From Candidatus Dojkabacteria bacterium HGW-Dojkabacteria-1 (GTDB lineage Bacteria; Patescibacteriota; Dojkabacteria; SC72), in the NCBI GenBank assembly GCA_002840365.1, contig PHAO01000001.1, forward strand, positions 303,514-367,513: a DNA stretch of 64,000 bases, in the 5' to 3' direction. Of this stretch, positions 9,946 through 19,085 are shown piece by piece. The notes under the pieces are model-generated. The model was not told the DNA's origin and did no database searches. It was given only the letters and a program-made list of their open reading frames with translations. The translations under genes and the position numbers were made by a program. The stretch's first letter is position 1, and each line of letters starts with the position of its first letter.

Positions 9946-10971
9946 TTAAAATATCGGTGATATTACACCATTGGCAATTAATGTTCCAAGTAGGTTATAT
10001 ATCGCGAAAAAAATTACTAAGAATCCTGCTGTTTTCAAAAATAGGTCTGAATTTTTTCCTTGAGTAATTCTTTTAGAACTCAAGGTAATTATTAGTAGTA
10101 CAGGTAATGTACCAAGAGCAAATACAAACATTATCATCGCAGAGGTTAAAATATCTCCAGTTAAGACTGCATTAAGTTGCATTGCTTGGGTAAAGCCACA
10201 AGGTAAAAAGAAGGTAACAATACCAAGTAATATGGGAGCAAAGATATTTTTAATATCTGTTTTTTCTAATAGATTTTTAGATATTCCTTTAGGTAAAGTT
10301 AATTCTAATTTCCTAAACCACGGAGTAATATTAAGAAGATTTAGACCTAAAATCAGCATTACAAAGAAAAGAACAATTCCCATAACTATTTCAACAGATT
10401 TAGAAAGTAAGAATAGGGAACCAATGAGACCAAGTACTCCCCCTAATATTAGGAATGCAACTAATCTTGAAATATGAAAAAATATCATAGGTTTAAGACC
10501 TTGCTTCTCTTTTGCATAGACAGAAGACATAGAAAGAACCAAGGATCCTACTACTGCCATACATGAGGAAATGGATGCAAAGATTCCAAGTAGAAAAACG
10601 ATTGGGAATGATAACTCTTGTGCAAAGAGACTCTCTCCAAGAGCAAATTTTTGTAATCCAAGAAATAATAAGATGATTAAAAAGGCTATAAATATTGCTA
10701 TTGGAATATGTTTAGTATCAATACCTTTTTCTTGCACAAACTCGGTTTTAATTTCATAACCATTCTTTTTAATTTCCTTATTTATTTTTTCAATTATTTT
10801 TTCAATTATTTTTTCCTTATCTAAATCTGTTTCTATCTCAAAAGTAAGAATTTGAGTCTTGTTATTAGACTTTACATTTTTTATTCCTTTAATATCCTTA
10901 AATTGAGATTCTATATACATCTCACAGGAAGGGCAGTGCATTCCCTTCACAAAAAATTTCTCCTTATTCAT
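9946..10971 (-). CDS. HMA domain plus DsbD_2/TauE-SafE-like membrane protein
   Basis: GMHCPSC; SSCMAVVG and FFLPCGFTQ; multiple TM helices. Confidence 0.88.
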   Translation of the reverse strand: MNKEKFFVKGMHCPSCEMYIESQFKDIKGIKNVKSNNKTQILTFEIETDLDKEKIIEKIIEKINKEIKKNGYEIKTEFVQEKGIDTKHIPIAIFIAFLIILLFLGLQKFALGESLFAQELSFPIVFLLGIFASISSCMAVVGSLVLSMSSVYAKEKQGLKPMIFFHISRLVAFLILGGVLGLIGSLFLLSKSVEIVMGIVLFFVMLILGLNLLNITPWFRKLELTLPKGISKNLLEKTDIKNIFAPILLGIVTFFLPCGFTQAMQLNAVLTGDILTSAMIMFVFALGTLPVLLIITLSSKRITQGKNSDLFLKTAGFLVIFFAIYNLLGTLIANGVISPIF

Positions 10972-13195
10972 ATTGTGTGTTTAAAAGTTTAAGTCTAAGA
11001 GAGTTTGCAACTACAGAAAAACTACTAAAAGCCATAGCTAATCCTGCAAAGATTGGATCTAAAAGTAACCCCCATACTGGATAGAATACTCCTGCTGCAA
11101 TTGGTATACATATTACGTTATAAATGAAAGCCCAGAAAAGATTTTGTTTTATTGTTTTCAATGTAGCTTTCGATACTTTAAATGCTGTAGGTATTCTGTT
11201 TAGATTACCCCCTAACAAAGTTATATCTGAAGTAGACATTGCAATTTCTGTCCCAGTAGCCATCGCTATACTTACATCAGAGGATGCAAGTGCAGGGGCA
11301 TCATTGATTCCATCTCCAACCATAGCTACAAGATTACCCTGCTTTTTATATTTGTTAACATATGATGCTTTTTGTGAGGGTAATACATCTGCATAGTATT
11401 CATCTATGCCAAGATTGTCTGCAATATTCTGTGCAGCATATTTATTATCTCCAGTTATCATAACTGTATGTATTCCTTGATTATGTAAGTTTGTTATTAC
11501 ATGTTTACTTTCAGCTTTTATTTTGTCTGAGATAATGATTATCGCTAACAGTGTCTTTTGATCACTTAACAGAACTACCGTTTTACCCTTGTTTTCATGC
11601 TTTTGAATATCTTTTTCATTAATTTCTATACCAAGACTCTGAATATATTTTGGTTTACCTATATAATATGTTTTTCTATTAATCTTTCCAGAAATTCCCT
11701 TCCCGTCGATATTTAAGAAATTATCAATTTCTATCTCCTTTATTTTCTTCGTTTTAAGGTAGGAAACTACAGAATGTGCAAGAGGATGTTGAGATTGAAG
11801 TTCTAGAGAATATATTATATTTTCCAAATTAGCCTTTTCTTTAATAAAGATTATTTTCTCTACCTTTGGTTTTCCCTCTGTTAATGTCCCTGTTTTATCA
11901 AATATTACTGTATTAATTTTATTAAGCTTTTCTAAGCTTTCTGCATTTTTAACCAATATTCCACTCTGTGCAGCTTTTCCTACTCCTACAATTATTGCTG
12001 TTGGTGTTGCAAGTCCTAGTGCACAAGGACATGCTATAACGAGTACTGCAACAAATGCTGATATACCCATAGAAATGAAGGTTGGGTTACTAAATGTAAA
12101 CCCACTATATATCCAAACAAGAATTGTAATAGTTGCAATGACTAGAATTGTTGGTACGAAGATACTAGAAATTTTATCTACAGTTTTTTGTATTTCTGTT
12201 TTTGAATTTTGGGCATCTTTAACAATTTTAATGATATTGGCTAGAGCGGTTTCTTCTCCTACTTTCTCTGCAGTTATTGTAAAAGTGCTTTGAATATTTA
12301 AAGTTCCTTCATATACTTTGTCTCCTTTAGCTACATCTTGAGGAATTGGTTCTCCAGTAAGCATAGACATGTCTATAACACCATTTCCTTTAAGAATTGT
12401 ACCATCAACAGGTATTTTAGCTCCTGGCTTTATCAATAGAGTATCTCCTTTGTTAATTTCAGAAATTAGAATTTCTATTTGCTCTTTTCCTTTTACTAGG
12501 ATAGCGGTTTTGGCTTGTAATGTAGCTAATTTTTTAATTGCTTCTCCTGTTTTGTATTTTGATTTGTATTCCAAGTATTTACCTAGATATACAAAACCGA
12601 TTACTACGATTACTGCATCAAAAAACGTATTGCTACTAAGATTTATTCCAATATTTAATACTTCATTTATATATACAAAAGTGCTGTATATGTATGCAGT
12701 AAATGTTCCAATACCAATTAAGGTATCCATATTTGCACTCGTACCTTTAAAGAATTTCTGTATACCTCTCCAAAAGGGTCTTCCTGCACTTACAATTATT
12801 ATTGTTGCTAATACAAGAAGTATTCCGTTCATAAGGTTGTATGGAATCATTACTTCTGGTAAACCCATAATGAACATTGAGGATATTTCATATATCATAA
12901 AGAAGAATACAAAAAGAGATATAGGAAGAATGTAAGAGAGTTTTCTAACTTTTTCTTTTAATTGAATTTCCTGTACATTTTCTTTTTCTGTTAATATTTC
13001 ATACCCCATGGGTTTGAGTATTTTGTTTATGCTTTCTATGTTATTTTTTGGATTTTCTGCTTCTATATACCCACTTTCTGATGCAAAATTCACAGAAAAA
13101 TTTTTTATACCTCTTTCCTTCTTAAGAATACTTTCTATGTTAAGTGCACATGTTGCACAACTCATTCCCTTTATTGCAAATTCTATTTTTTCCAT
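10964..13195 (-). CDS. copA: copper-translocating P1B-type ATPase
   Basis: GMSCATC, TGEP, CPCALGLATP, DKTGT, HP, GDGIND, YN, MxxSS. Confidence 0.96.
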   Translation of the reverse strand: MEKIEFAIKGMSCATCALNIESILKKERGIKNFSVNFASESGYIEAENPKNNIESINKILKPMGYEILTEKENVQEIQLKEKVRKLSYILPISLFVFFFMIYEISSMFIMGLPEVMIPYNLMNGILLVLATIIIVSAGRPFWRGIQKFFKGTSANMDTLIGIGTFTAYIYSTFVYINEVLNIGINLSSNTFFDAVIVVIGFVYLGKYLEYKSKYKTGEAIKKLATLQAKTAILVKGKEQIEILISEINKGDTLLIKPGAKIPVDGTILKGNGVIDMSMLTGEPIPQDVAKGDKVYEGTLNIQSTFTITAEKVGEETALANIIKIVKDAQNSKTEIQKTVDKISSIFVPTILVIATITILVWIYSGFTFSNPTFISMGISAFVAVLVIACPCALGLATPTAIIVGVGKAAQSGILVKNAESLEKLNKINTVIFDKTGTLTEGKPKVEKIIFIKEKANLENIIYSLELQSQHPLAHSVVSYLKTKKIKEIEIDNFLNIDGKGISGKINRKTYYIGKPKYIQSLGIEINEKDIQKHENKGKTVVLLSDQKTLLAIIIISDKIKAESKHVITNLHNQGIHTVMITGDNKYAAQNIADNLGIDEYYADVLPSQKASYVNKYKKQGNLVAMVGDGINDAPALASSDVSIAMATGTEIAMSTSDITLLGGNLNRIPTAFKVSKATLKTIKQNLFWAFIYNVICIPIAAGVFYPVWGLLLDPIFAGLAMAFSSFSVVANSLRLKLLNTQYE

Positions 13196-13203
13196 TTCTA
13201 GTT

Positions 13204-13605
13204 CTATTCAAATTTAATTGTAAATGTGTACATACCCATACTGCATGTACCAAGTATATTTTCTCCACTGGAAGGAGTACCTAAATCAAATTCTGTGATA
13301 CCTTGTTGAGGTAATATATCAGTAATATTTAATTTCGGAATTCTAAAGGATCTTTCGCATCCATATGAATTTTTTGATTCCATTCTTAATACTGTCTTAG
13401 TATTCGCTTTTGCTACAATATTTTGAGGATAGTATCCTCCTGATGTTGAGACTACATTAATTACTTGTGTATCTCCTTCTTGGGTCACAGAAGGGGTGGT
13501 GTCTCCTTTTACTTCAGGTTGTTGAGTATTTTTTCCACTTGAAAGAGCAAACATAATTAGTAAAGCAGCAACAGTTATTGATACCATTAGAATAATATTT
13601 TTCAT
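13204..13605 (-). CDS. cupredoxin domain protein
   Basis: Signal/TM segment; GGYYPQ, GCER, CSMGMY. Confidence 0.88.
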   Translation of the reverse strand: MKNIILMVSITVAALLIMFALSSGKNTQQPEVKGDTTPSVTQEGDTQVINVVSTSGGYYPQNIVAKANTKTVLRMESKNSYGCERSFRIPKLNITDILPQQGITEFDLGTPSSGENILGTCSMGMYTFTIKFE

Positions 13606-13625
13606 GTTTTGGTATTAAAATTTAT

Positions 13626-13650
13626 TATATACCTAGGGGGTAGGTATATA
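13626..13650. promoter_or_regulatory. CsoR-type operator
   Basis: Perfect 10-bp inverted repeat TATATACCTA-GGGGG-TAGGTATATA with a G-tract, upstream of the copper operon; TTGACA on the minus strand at 13672-13677. Confidence 0.85.
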
Positions 13651-13748
13651 ATATGTGAAAGAATATACAGATGTCAACTACCTTCAAATCTGGCTTCAAC
13701 ACTAGATATCTTTACAAGTGCATTGACGAATGATACAGTGGATATCAT

Positions 13749-14654
13749 ATGGCTAATTACAGTATACATATTGAAAACTTTTCTAAAACATTTGAAAATT
13801 TAAAAGCAGTAGACAATTTATCTTTCGATGTTGAGGAAGGAGAAATATTTGCTTTTTTAGGAACGAATGGCTCTGGAAAAACTACCACTATTAGATGTTT
13901 ACTAAAGATTTATCAAGAAGATACAGGTAGGTTATTAATTAACAGTAAAGAGTACAACGATTCTTTAAACAACATTATTGGCTATCTTCCTGAGGAGAGA
14001 GGTTTATACAGAGATACGAAGGTAATAGATATTTTAGTATACACTTCAGAGCTAAGGGGAATACCTCATGATAGAGCTGTTAAGAAGAGTTTAGAATATT
14101 TGGATAGAGTTGGATTGATAGAACATAGGGAAAAAAATATTGCACAACTAAGTTCTGGTATGCAACAAAAAGTACAACTAGGAACAGCCCTTATTCATAA
14201 ACCTGAGATATTAATATTAGATGAGCCATTTAAAGGTTTAGATCCAGTTAATAGACAATTATTTATTGAACTCTTTATTGAGAGAGCAAAAACAGGTGCA
14301 ACAATTCTATACAGTACACATGTTATTGATGAGGCCCAAAAAATGGCTGATAGATTACTTATTATTCATAACGGTAAAAGACTAGAATATGGTTCTACTA
14401 CTCAAGTAAGAAAAAAATATGGAACTAATTCAATATTTTTGTCCTTTGAAGGTAAAAGACCATTAAAGGAAACCGAAATGTACAGAAGTATTATTTCAAA
14501 CAAAACAGCAGAAATAATACCAAAGGAGAACTTTACGTCAAATGATATTTTAGAATCATTGATAAAGGGAGGGACAAAAGTGTTAGATTTGAAAGTTGAT
14601 TATCCAAGTCTTAATGAGATATTTATAAAGTTAACAAAAGATGGCAAAAAGTAA
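13749..14654 (+). CDS. ABC-2 transporter ATP-binding protein
   Basis: GTNGSGKTT, LSSGMQQ, ILDEPF. Confidence 0.95.
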   Translation: MANYSIHIENFSKTFENLKAVDNLSFDVEEGEIFAFLGTNGSGKTTTIRCLLKIYQEDTGRLLINSKEYNDSLNNIIGYLPEERGLYRDTKVIDILVYTSELRGIPHDRAVKKSLEYLDRVGLIEHREKNIAQLSSGMQQKVQLGTALIHKPEILILDEPFKGLDPVNRQLFIELFIERAKTGATILYSTHVIDEAQKMADRLLIIHNGKRLEYGSTTQVRKKYGTNSIFLSFEGKRPLKETEMYRSIISNKTAEIIPKENFTSNDILESLIKGGTKVLDLKVDYPSLNEIFIKLTKDGKK

Positions 14655-15882
14655 AAAGTTTTTAACAATTGCAAAATTTGAATTTAAAAATGTTGTTAGA
14701 AAGCCTACATTTTGGTTGGCTACACTGTTTTTGCCAGTACTAATGGGAGTTATTTCTTTTGTATCTGGTTATGCAAGTATAGAGGCCACAAAGAAAATGG
14801 AAAATTTGGATGGTCAATTTACTCAAATATTAGTTTTAGATGAGTATGGTATCTTTTCAAAAGAAATATTTGTAGAACCCCTAAAAGAGGTTAAAGATTA
14901 TATACAAGCCCTTGACGAAGTTAAGGATGATACAAACAAGGCATTTGTATATATTCCAAGTAGCTTTGGAGATGACCTAAAGTATGATTTCATTTATCAA
15001 AAAGATGAATCAATATTATCTGGAGTTACGATGGTTCCTGTTATTAATTCCATAATTAAGCAAAGTATATATTCCAGAATAGAGGATCCATTGGTAGTAT
15101 CATTATTAGCTAAAGAACCTTCAGGGGAAGTAAAGAGCTTCGACAAAGAAGGAGAGATAGCAGTGGAAGGGTTTGGTCAATATATCCTTCCAATAGCATC
15201 TTTAGTAGTATTCTTTTTAGCAGTCTTTATTTCTTCTACCTTTCTTTTAGAGAGTGTTTCTGCAGAAAAGGAAAACAGAATGATTGAAACAATGCTTTCT
15301 ATCGTAGACAAGAAATCATTAATGTTTGGAAAGTTAATTGGTCTTGTAGGTATAGTTTCTTTACAACTTCTTGTTTGGTTATCTTTCGGAATACTTGTGT
15401 ATGTATTAGGACAGCAATATTTTTCGTTGGATTTACCTATTGATATTAGTAATATTGATTACTCAGTATTGCCCGTCAATATATTCTTTACAATATCAGG
15501 ATTCATATTCTTTGCTTCGATAATGGTTGGAGTAGGAGCTATTGGAACAGGAGCTCAAGACAGTAGAAATCTTTCTTCAGTGTTTATTCTTTTGGCAATA
15601 TTCCCTATCTATCTTATGCAAATTCTTGTAATGGAGCCTTCCGGTACTCTTGCAAAGATATTTACATACTTCCCATTTACCTCTCATATGATTCTGTTAG
15701 TAAGAAATTCTCTTGGGGCATTAAGTATTGGTGAATTGATATTAGGTGTTTTTGTAACTACCCTTTATGGAGTTATTGCTCTTTGGTTAGCTCTTAAGAT
15801 GTTTGAATTAGGTTGTTTAATGTACAACAGAAGACCTTCCTTCAGAGAGATTCTTGGCTATTTATCACCTAAAAAGTATTAA
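14641..15882 (+). CDS. ABC-2 transporter permease (NatB/YhaP-like)
   Basis: SAEKENRMIETML, FGKLIG, multiple TM helices. Confidence 0.9.
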   Translation: MAKSKKFLTIAKFEFKNVVRKPTFWLATLFLPVLMGVISFVSGYASIEATKKMENLDGQFTQILVLDEYGIFSKEIFVEPLKEVKDYIQALDEVKDDTNKAFVYIPSSFGDDLKYDFIYQKDESILSGVTMVPVINSIIKQSIYSRIEDPLVVSLLAKEPSGEVKSFDKEGEIAVEGFGQYILPIASLVVFFLAVFISSTFLLESVSAEKENRMIETMLSIVDKKSLMFGKLIGLVGIVSLQLLVWLSFGILVYVLGQQYFSLDLPIDISNIDYSVLPVNIFFTISGFIFFASIMVGVGAIGTGAQDSRNLSSVFILLAIFPIYLMQILVMEPSGTLAKIFTYFPFTSHMILLVRNSLGALSIGELILGVFVTTLYGVIALWLALKMFELGCLMYNRRPSFREILGYLSPKKY

Positions 15883-15935
15883 CATTTGAATGTTTTTGGA
15901 ATAAAATAGTGTAGATAACTTAAATATATACAAGT

Positions 15936-16238
15936 ATGTCAAAGAAATTGTATAGATCTGAAACAGATAAGATGATTGGTGGGGTATGTGGTGGATTAGC
16001 TGAATACTTTAATATTGATTCTTCCATCGTTAGATTAATATTTGTTTTTGTTCTCCTTTATGGAGGTTCTGGCCTATTAGCATATCTAATACTTTGGGTA
16101 GTTCTTCCAAGTAGTTCTGCACTCGATCTCTCCTCTGATGAGGTTATAAGTAAAAATACTCAAGAGATTAAAGAGAAGGTTGAAAAGAGTGCAAAGGGTA
16201 TCAAAAGAGAGGTAAAATCTGATACCAGAGAAAAATAA
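15936..16238 (+). CDS. pspC: PspC domain protein
   Basis: KKLYRSETDKMIGGVCGGLAEYF. Confidence 0.93.
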   Translation: MSKKLYRSETDKMIGGVCGGLAEYFNIDSSIVRLIFVFVLLYGGSGLLAYLILWVVLPSSSALDLSSDEVISKNTQEIKEKVEKSAKGIKREVKSDTREK

Positions 16239-16255
16239 CTTTTTAAAGTATTTCT

Positions 16256-17266
16256 ATGGAAAAAGACATAGAGAGATACAGGTCCAAGGATGTTGTATGG
16301 GCTGTATTTTTAATATTTGTAGGAACAATCTTCCTACTTAATACAACAGGAGTTGTAAGTTGGTCAATATGGTCATATATACTTAGATTCTGGCCAGTAT
16401 TTTTAATACTTGGAGGGTTGAAGTTGATAATGGGTAAGTCAGCATTAGCTGAGATACTTCTTTCTGTATTAGCATTAATACTTTTTCTTTTTGTAGGTTT
16501 AGTATCTTACCTTACATATACTCAAAGCAGGATAGATTTCCTACCAGAGTCTGTAAACAGATGTATAACTGGAAGGTGTATGGGTTTTACAGGGGGTAGA
16601 GAAAGCATAGAGAAACAAATGGTTGTTGCCCAAGATGACCATCCTGAAATCCTAGCAAGTAGGGCAGTAAGGCTAAATATCGGAGCTGCTGAATTTGAAT
16701 TAATAGATTCAGATGTATCGAATCACTTAACAGTAAGAGCTTTGTATCCCTCCAGATATATTGCTCCAAAGCTTTCTAGTGAGGTTTCAGGAGACAGATT
16801 AAGAATGGATTTTAGTAGTGCTTCTTTTAGTGGCTTTACATTCTTTTCCAATGATAGATCAGAGTATGATTTAGTATTGGGACAGAAGAACTTGCTTACA
16901 GATTTAGATATTAATTTGGGAGCAGGTAGTGGTACGGTTTACTTTGATGAGGTTATTACAGGAGAAATTCTTTCAAAAGTTGGAGCAGGGAAATTAGTTC
17001 TTAGGCTTGGAGAGAGAAGTATTCCATCAGAAAGAATTGTCATTGATGTAGGTGCAGGAGAAGTAACTTTAGAATTACCAGAGGAGGTTGGATATACATT
17101 AGAATATGATTTGGGAGTAGGAACTATTACTGGTAATGGAAACGATATTGCAACCTTTATTGGCAGTGAAAAAAGATATGAATCCGAAAACTATGACTCA
17201 GCGGAATTGAAAGTAAGGATAATTGCAAAGGTTGGTGTGGGTACTTTAAATATTAATAGTAGGTAA
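16256..17266 (+). CDS. LiaF/DUF5668-like TM domain plus toast-rack-like beta domain
   Basis: FWPVFLILGG TM region; repeated xGAGx/GVG beta-solenoid motifs. Confidence 0.75.
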   Translation: MEKDIERYRSKDVVWAVFLIFVGTIFLLNTTGVVSWSIWSYILRFWPVFLILGGLKLIMGKSALAEILLSVLALILFLFVGLVSYLTYTQSRIDFLPESVNRCITGRCMGFTGGRESIEKQMVVAQDDHPEILASRAVRLNIGAAEFELIDSDVSNHLTVRALYPSRYIAPKLSSEVSGDRLRMDFSSASFSGFTFFSNDRSEYDLVLGQKNLLTDLDINLGAGSGTVYFDEVITGEILSKVGAGKLVLRLGERSIPSERIVIDVGAGEVTLELPEEVGYTLEYDLGVGTITGNGNDIATFIGSEKRYESENYDSAELKVRIIAKVGVGTLNINSR

Positions 17267-17290
17267 TAATTTAAATTAATATATTTAATT

Positions 17291-17965
17291 ATGAGAAACA
17301 GTTCTAGATTTATTTTAGGGGTAATACTAATAACCTTAGGTATACTCTTTTTAATAGAACAAACAGGTTTTTTCGGAAGATTTAGTATTTCCATTTGGAA
17401 TCTAGTTTGGACTTTCTGGCCTTTAATATTAATATTTCTTGGAACAAGATTACTCATTGAAAGAAATACTAATGGAGGATTAATACTACTTGTATTGGGT
17501 GTTGTGTTTCTTTCAACAAATCTTTTTCAATGGAATTTCTTTGCAGTTCTTTGGCCTGTTGTAATAATTACAATTGGACTTTCAATTCTACTTCGTAGAG
17601 AAGGAGGAAGTTTTAATACAAGTACTACAACAACGAGTGCAGGAAAAATGAACGAGAGTGTAGTGTTTTGGGGAGTAGATAAGATAGTTAATTCTAAGGA
17701 ATTTAAAGGTGGGGAACTTAATGTTGCATTCGGAGGTATAAAGGTAGATTTGAGAGATGCAAAGATATCAAAAGATGGTGCAAAGTTACATGTAAACTGT
17801 GCATTTGGTGGAGTAGAAATACTTGTACCTAAGGATTGTAGAGTAATTACCAATGGAACAGGGATATTAGGTGGATGGGAATCTAAGGTTGAAGAAAGAA
17901 AAATTGATGAACCAGTACTTGAGATTACAGGGGGAGTGGCATTTGGTGGAGTAGAGATTAAGTAA
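17291..17965 (+). CDS. LiaF-like membrane protein (DUF5668 plus DUF2154-like)
   Basis: FWPLILI; [19 protein letters not shown]. Confidence 0.85.
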   Translation: MRNSSRFILGVILITLGILFLIEQTGFFGRFSISIWNLVWTFWPLILIFLGTRLLIERNTNGGLILLVLGVVFLSTNLFQWNFFAVLWPVVIITIGLSILLRREGGSFNTSTTTTSAGKMNESVVFWGVDKIVNSKEFKGGELNVAFGGIKVDLRDAKISKDGAKLHVNCAFGGVEILVPKDCRVITNGTGILGGWESKVEERKIDEPVLEITGGVAFGGVEIK

Positions 17966-18563
17966 CTCTCCAATCTATTTCTTTTTTACCTTTACTTTTT
18001 AGGTAGGTATTTGTTGTACTAAAGGGTTTGCTTCCGAAAAAGCCTCTGTTTGCAGAGAATGGTGAGGGGTGAGGGGATGATATTACCAAGTGTTTTCTTA
18101 CGTCTATTAAATCTTTTTTACTTTGTGCATATTTTCCCCAAAGAATAAAGACGATATTTTCCTTCTTCTCAGATATTTCCCTTATTATGGAATCTGTATA
18201 TTCTTCCCATCCAATGTTTCTATGAGAAGCTGGTCTATCCTTTTCAACAGTTAATACACTGTTAAGTAGTAGTACTCCTTGACTAGCCCATGAGGTTAAG
18301 TCTCCATGGTTAGGTGTTTTTATACCAAGATCTGATTCTAATTCTTTGTAGATATTTCTTAATGATGGGGGTAATTTAATTCCTTTGTTTACAGAAAAAG
18401 CTAATCCATTTGCTTCTCCCTCTCCATGGTATGGATCTTGACCTAGAATTACGACCTTGATATTTTCAAAAGGGGTAAGCTCTAAAGCCCTAAAGATTAA
18501 TTCTTTCGATGGGTAGATTGTTTGATCAAAATCCACAGAATCAAGAATCTTCGTTCTAATCAT
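17958..18563 (-). CDS. ung: uracil-DNA glycosylase, family 1
   Basis: [29 protein letters not shown]. Confidence 0.97.
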   Translation of the reverse strand: MIRTKILDSVDFDQTIYPSKELIFRALELTPFENIKVVILGQDPYHGEGEANGLAFSVNKGIKLPPSLRNIYKELESDLGIKTPNHGDLTSWASQGVLLLNSVLTVEKDRPASHRNIGWEEYTDSIIREISEKKENIVFILWGKYAQSKKDLIDVRKHLVISSPHPSPFSANRGFFGSKPFSTTNTYLKSKGKKEIDWRVT

Positions 18564-18783
18564 CTTTTTGACCAGGGACTGTTAAGACATATTCTCCGTC
18601 TTCGTTAAGTTCATAATGATTACCATTTTGATCAATGAAATCAGTAACTCCTCTTACGGAAGATAGGTCTGGCTTACCTGTCTCTGGATCAATATCTAAC
18701 CAGTATGTGCTGTTATCTAGCATCTCATCCTTATTAACCTCATCATTAGGACCATTTTGTATATCTTTTTCTTCAAAATCCAT
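18556..18783 (-). CDS. small acidic hypothetical protein
   Basis: 75-aa ORF overlapping the ung start. Confidence 0.7.
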   Translation of the reverse strand: MDFEEKDIQNGPNDEVNKDEMLDNSTYWLDIDPETGKPDLSSVRGVTDFIDQNGNHYELNEDGEYVLTVPGQKDD

Positions 18784-18849
18784 GTAAATATTCTCTAAAA
18801 TTAATTTATATATTCTACAACAAAATATTATCTTTGTGATATAATCGCA

Positions 18850-19063
18850 TCAACACAAAGACCCAGATATCACTGGAGAGTGGTGGAAAGAAAGCCATAT
18901 GGTGAGTAGACTCCAACGGTATGCTACCGAAAGAAAGCAAGACCATATATAGTGGTCTCAGAGAAGATTGTAGTAATACAATTTTGAAAAAGGGTGGTAA
19001 CACGTATATACGTCCCTTTGTAAGAGCTGATACAATGTATCATATCTTACAAGGGGATTTTTG
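18850..19063 (+). promoter_or_regulatory. T-box riboswitch, ultrashort Stem I with Ile (AUC) specifier, transcriptional
   Basis: TGaTATAAT promoter (-10 at 18840-18845); CCAG-ATATCA-CTGG stem I; GAA/AGTA S-turn stem II; AGGGTGGTAACACG T-box at 18991-19004; terminator TCCCTTTGTAAGA...TCTTACAAGGGGA-TTTTT. Confidence 0.92.
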
Positions 19064-19085
19064 TTTAATATAAATACAAAGAAAA

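Noticed and set aside
11124-13217. Several + strand ORFs up to 188 aa opposite copA, and similar ones opposite ftsA, ftsZ and parA
   Set aside because: Antisense shadows produced by codon bias of the real genes
8642-13700. Genomic island integrated at tRNA-Gln
   Set aside because: No integrase and no duplicated tRNA 3' end were seen
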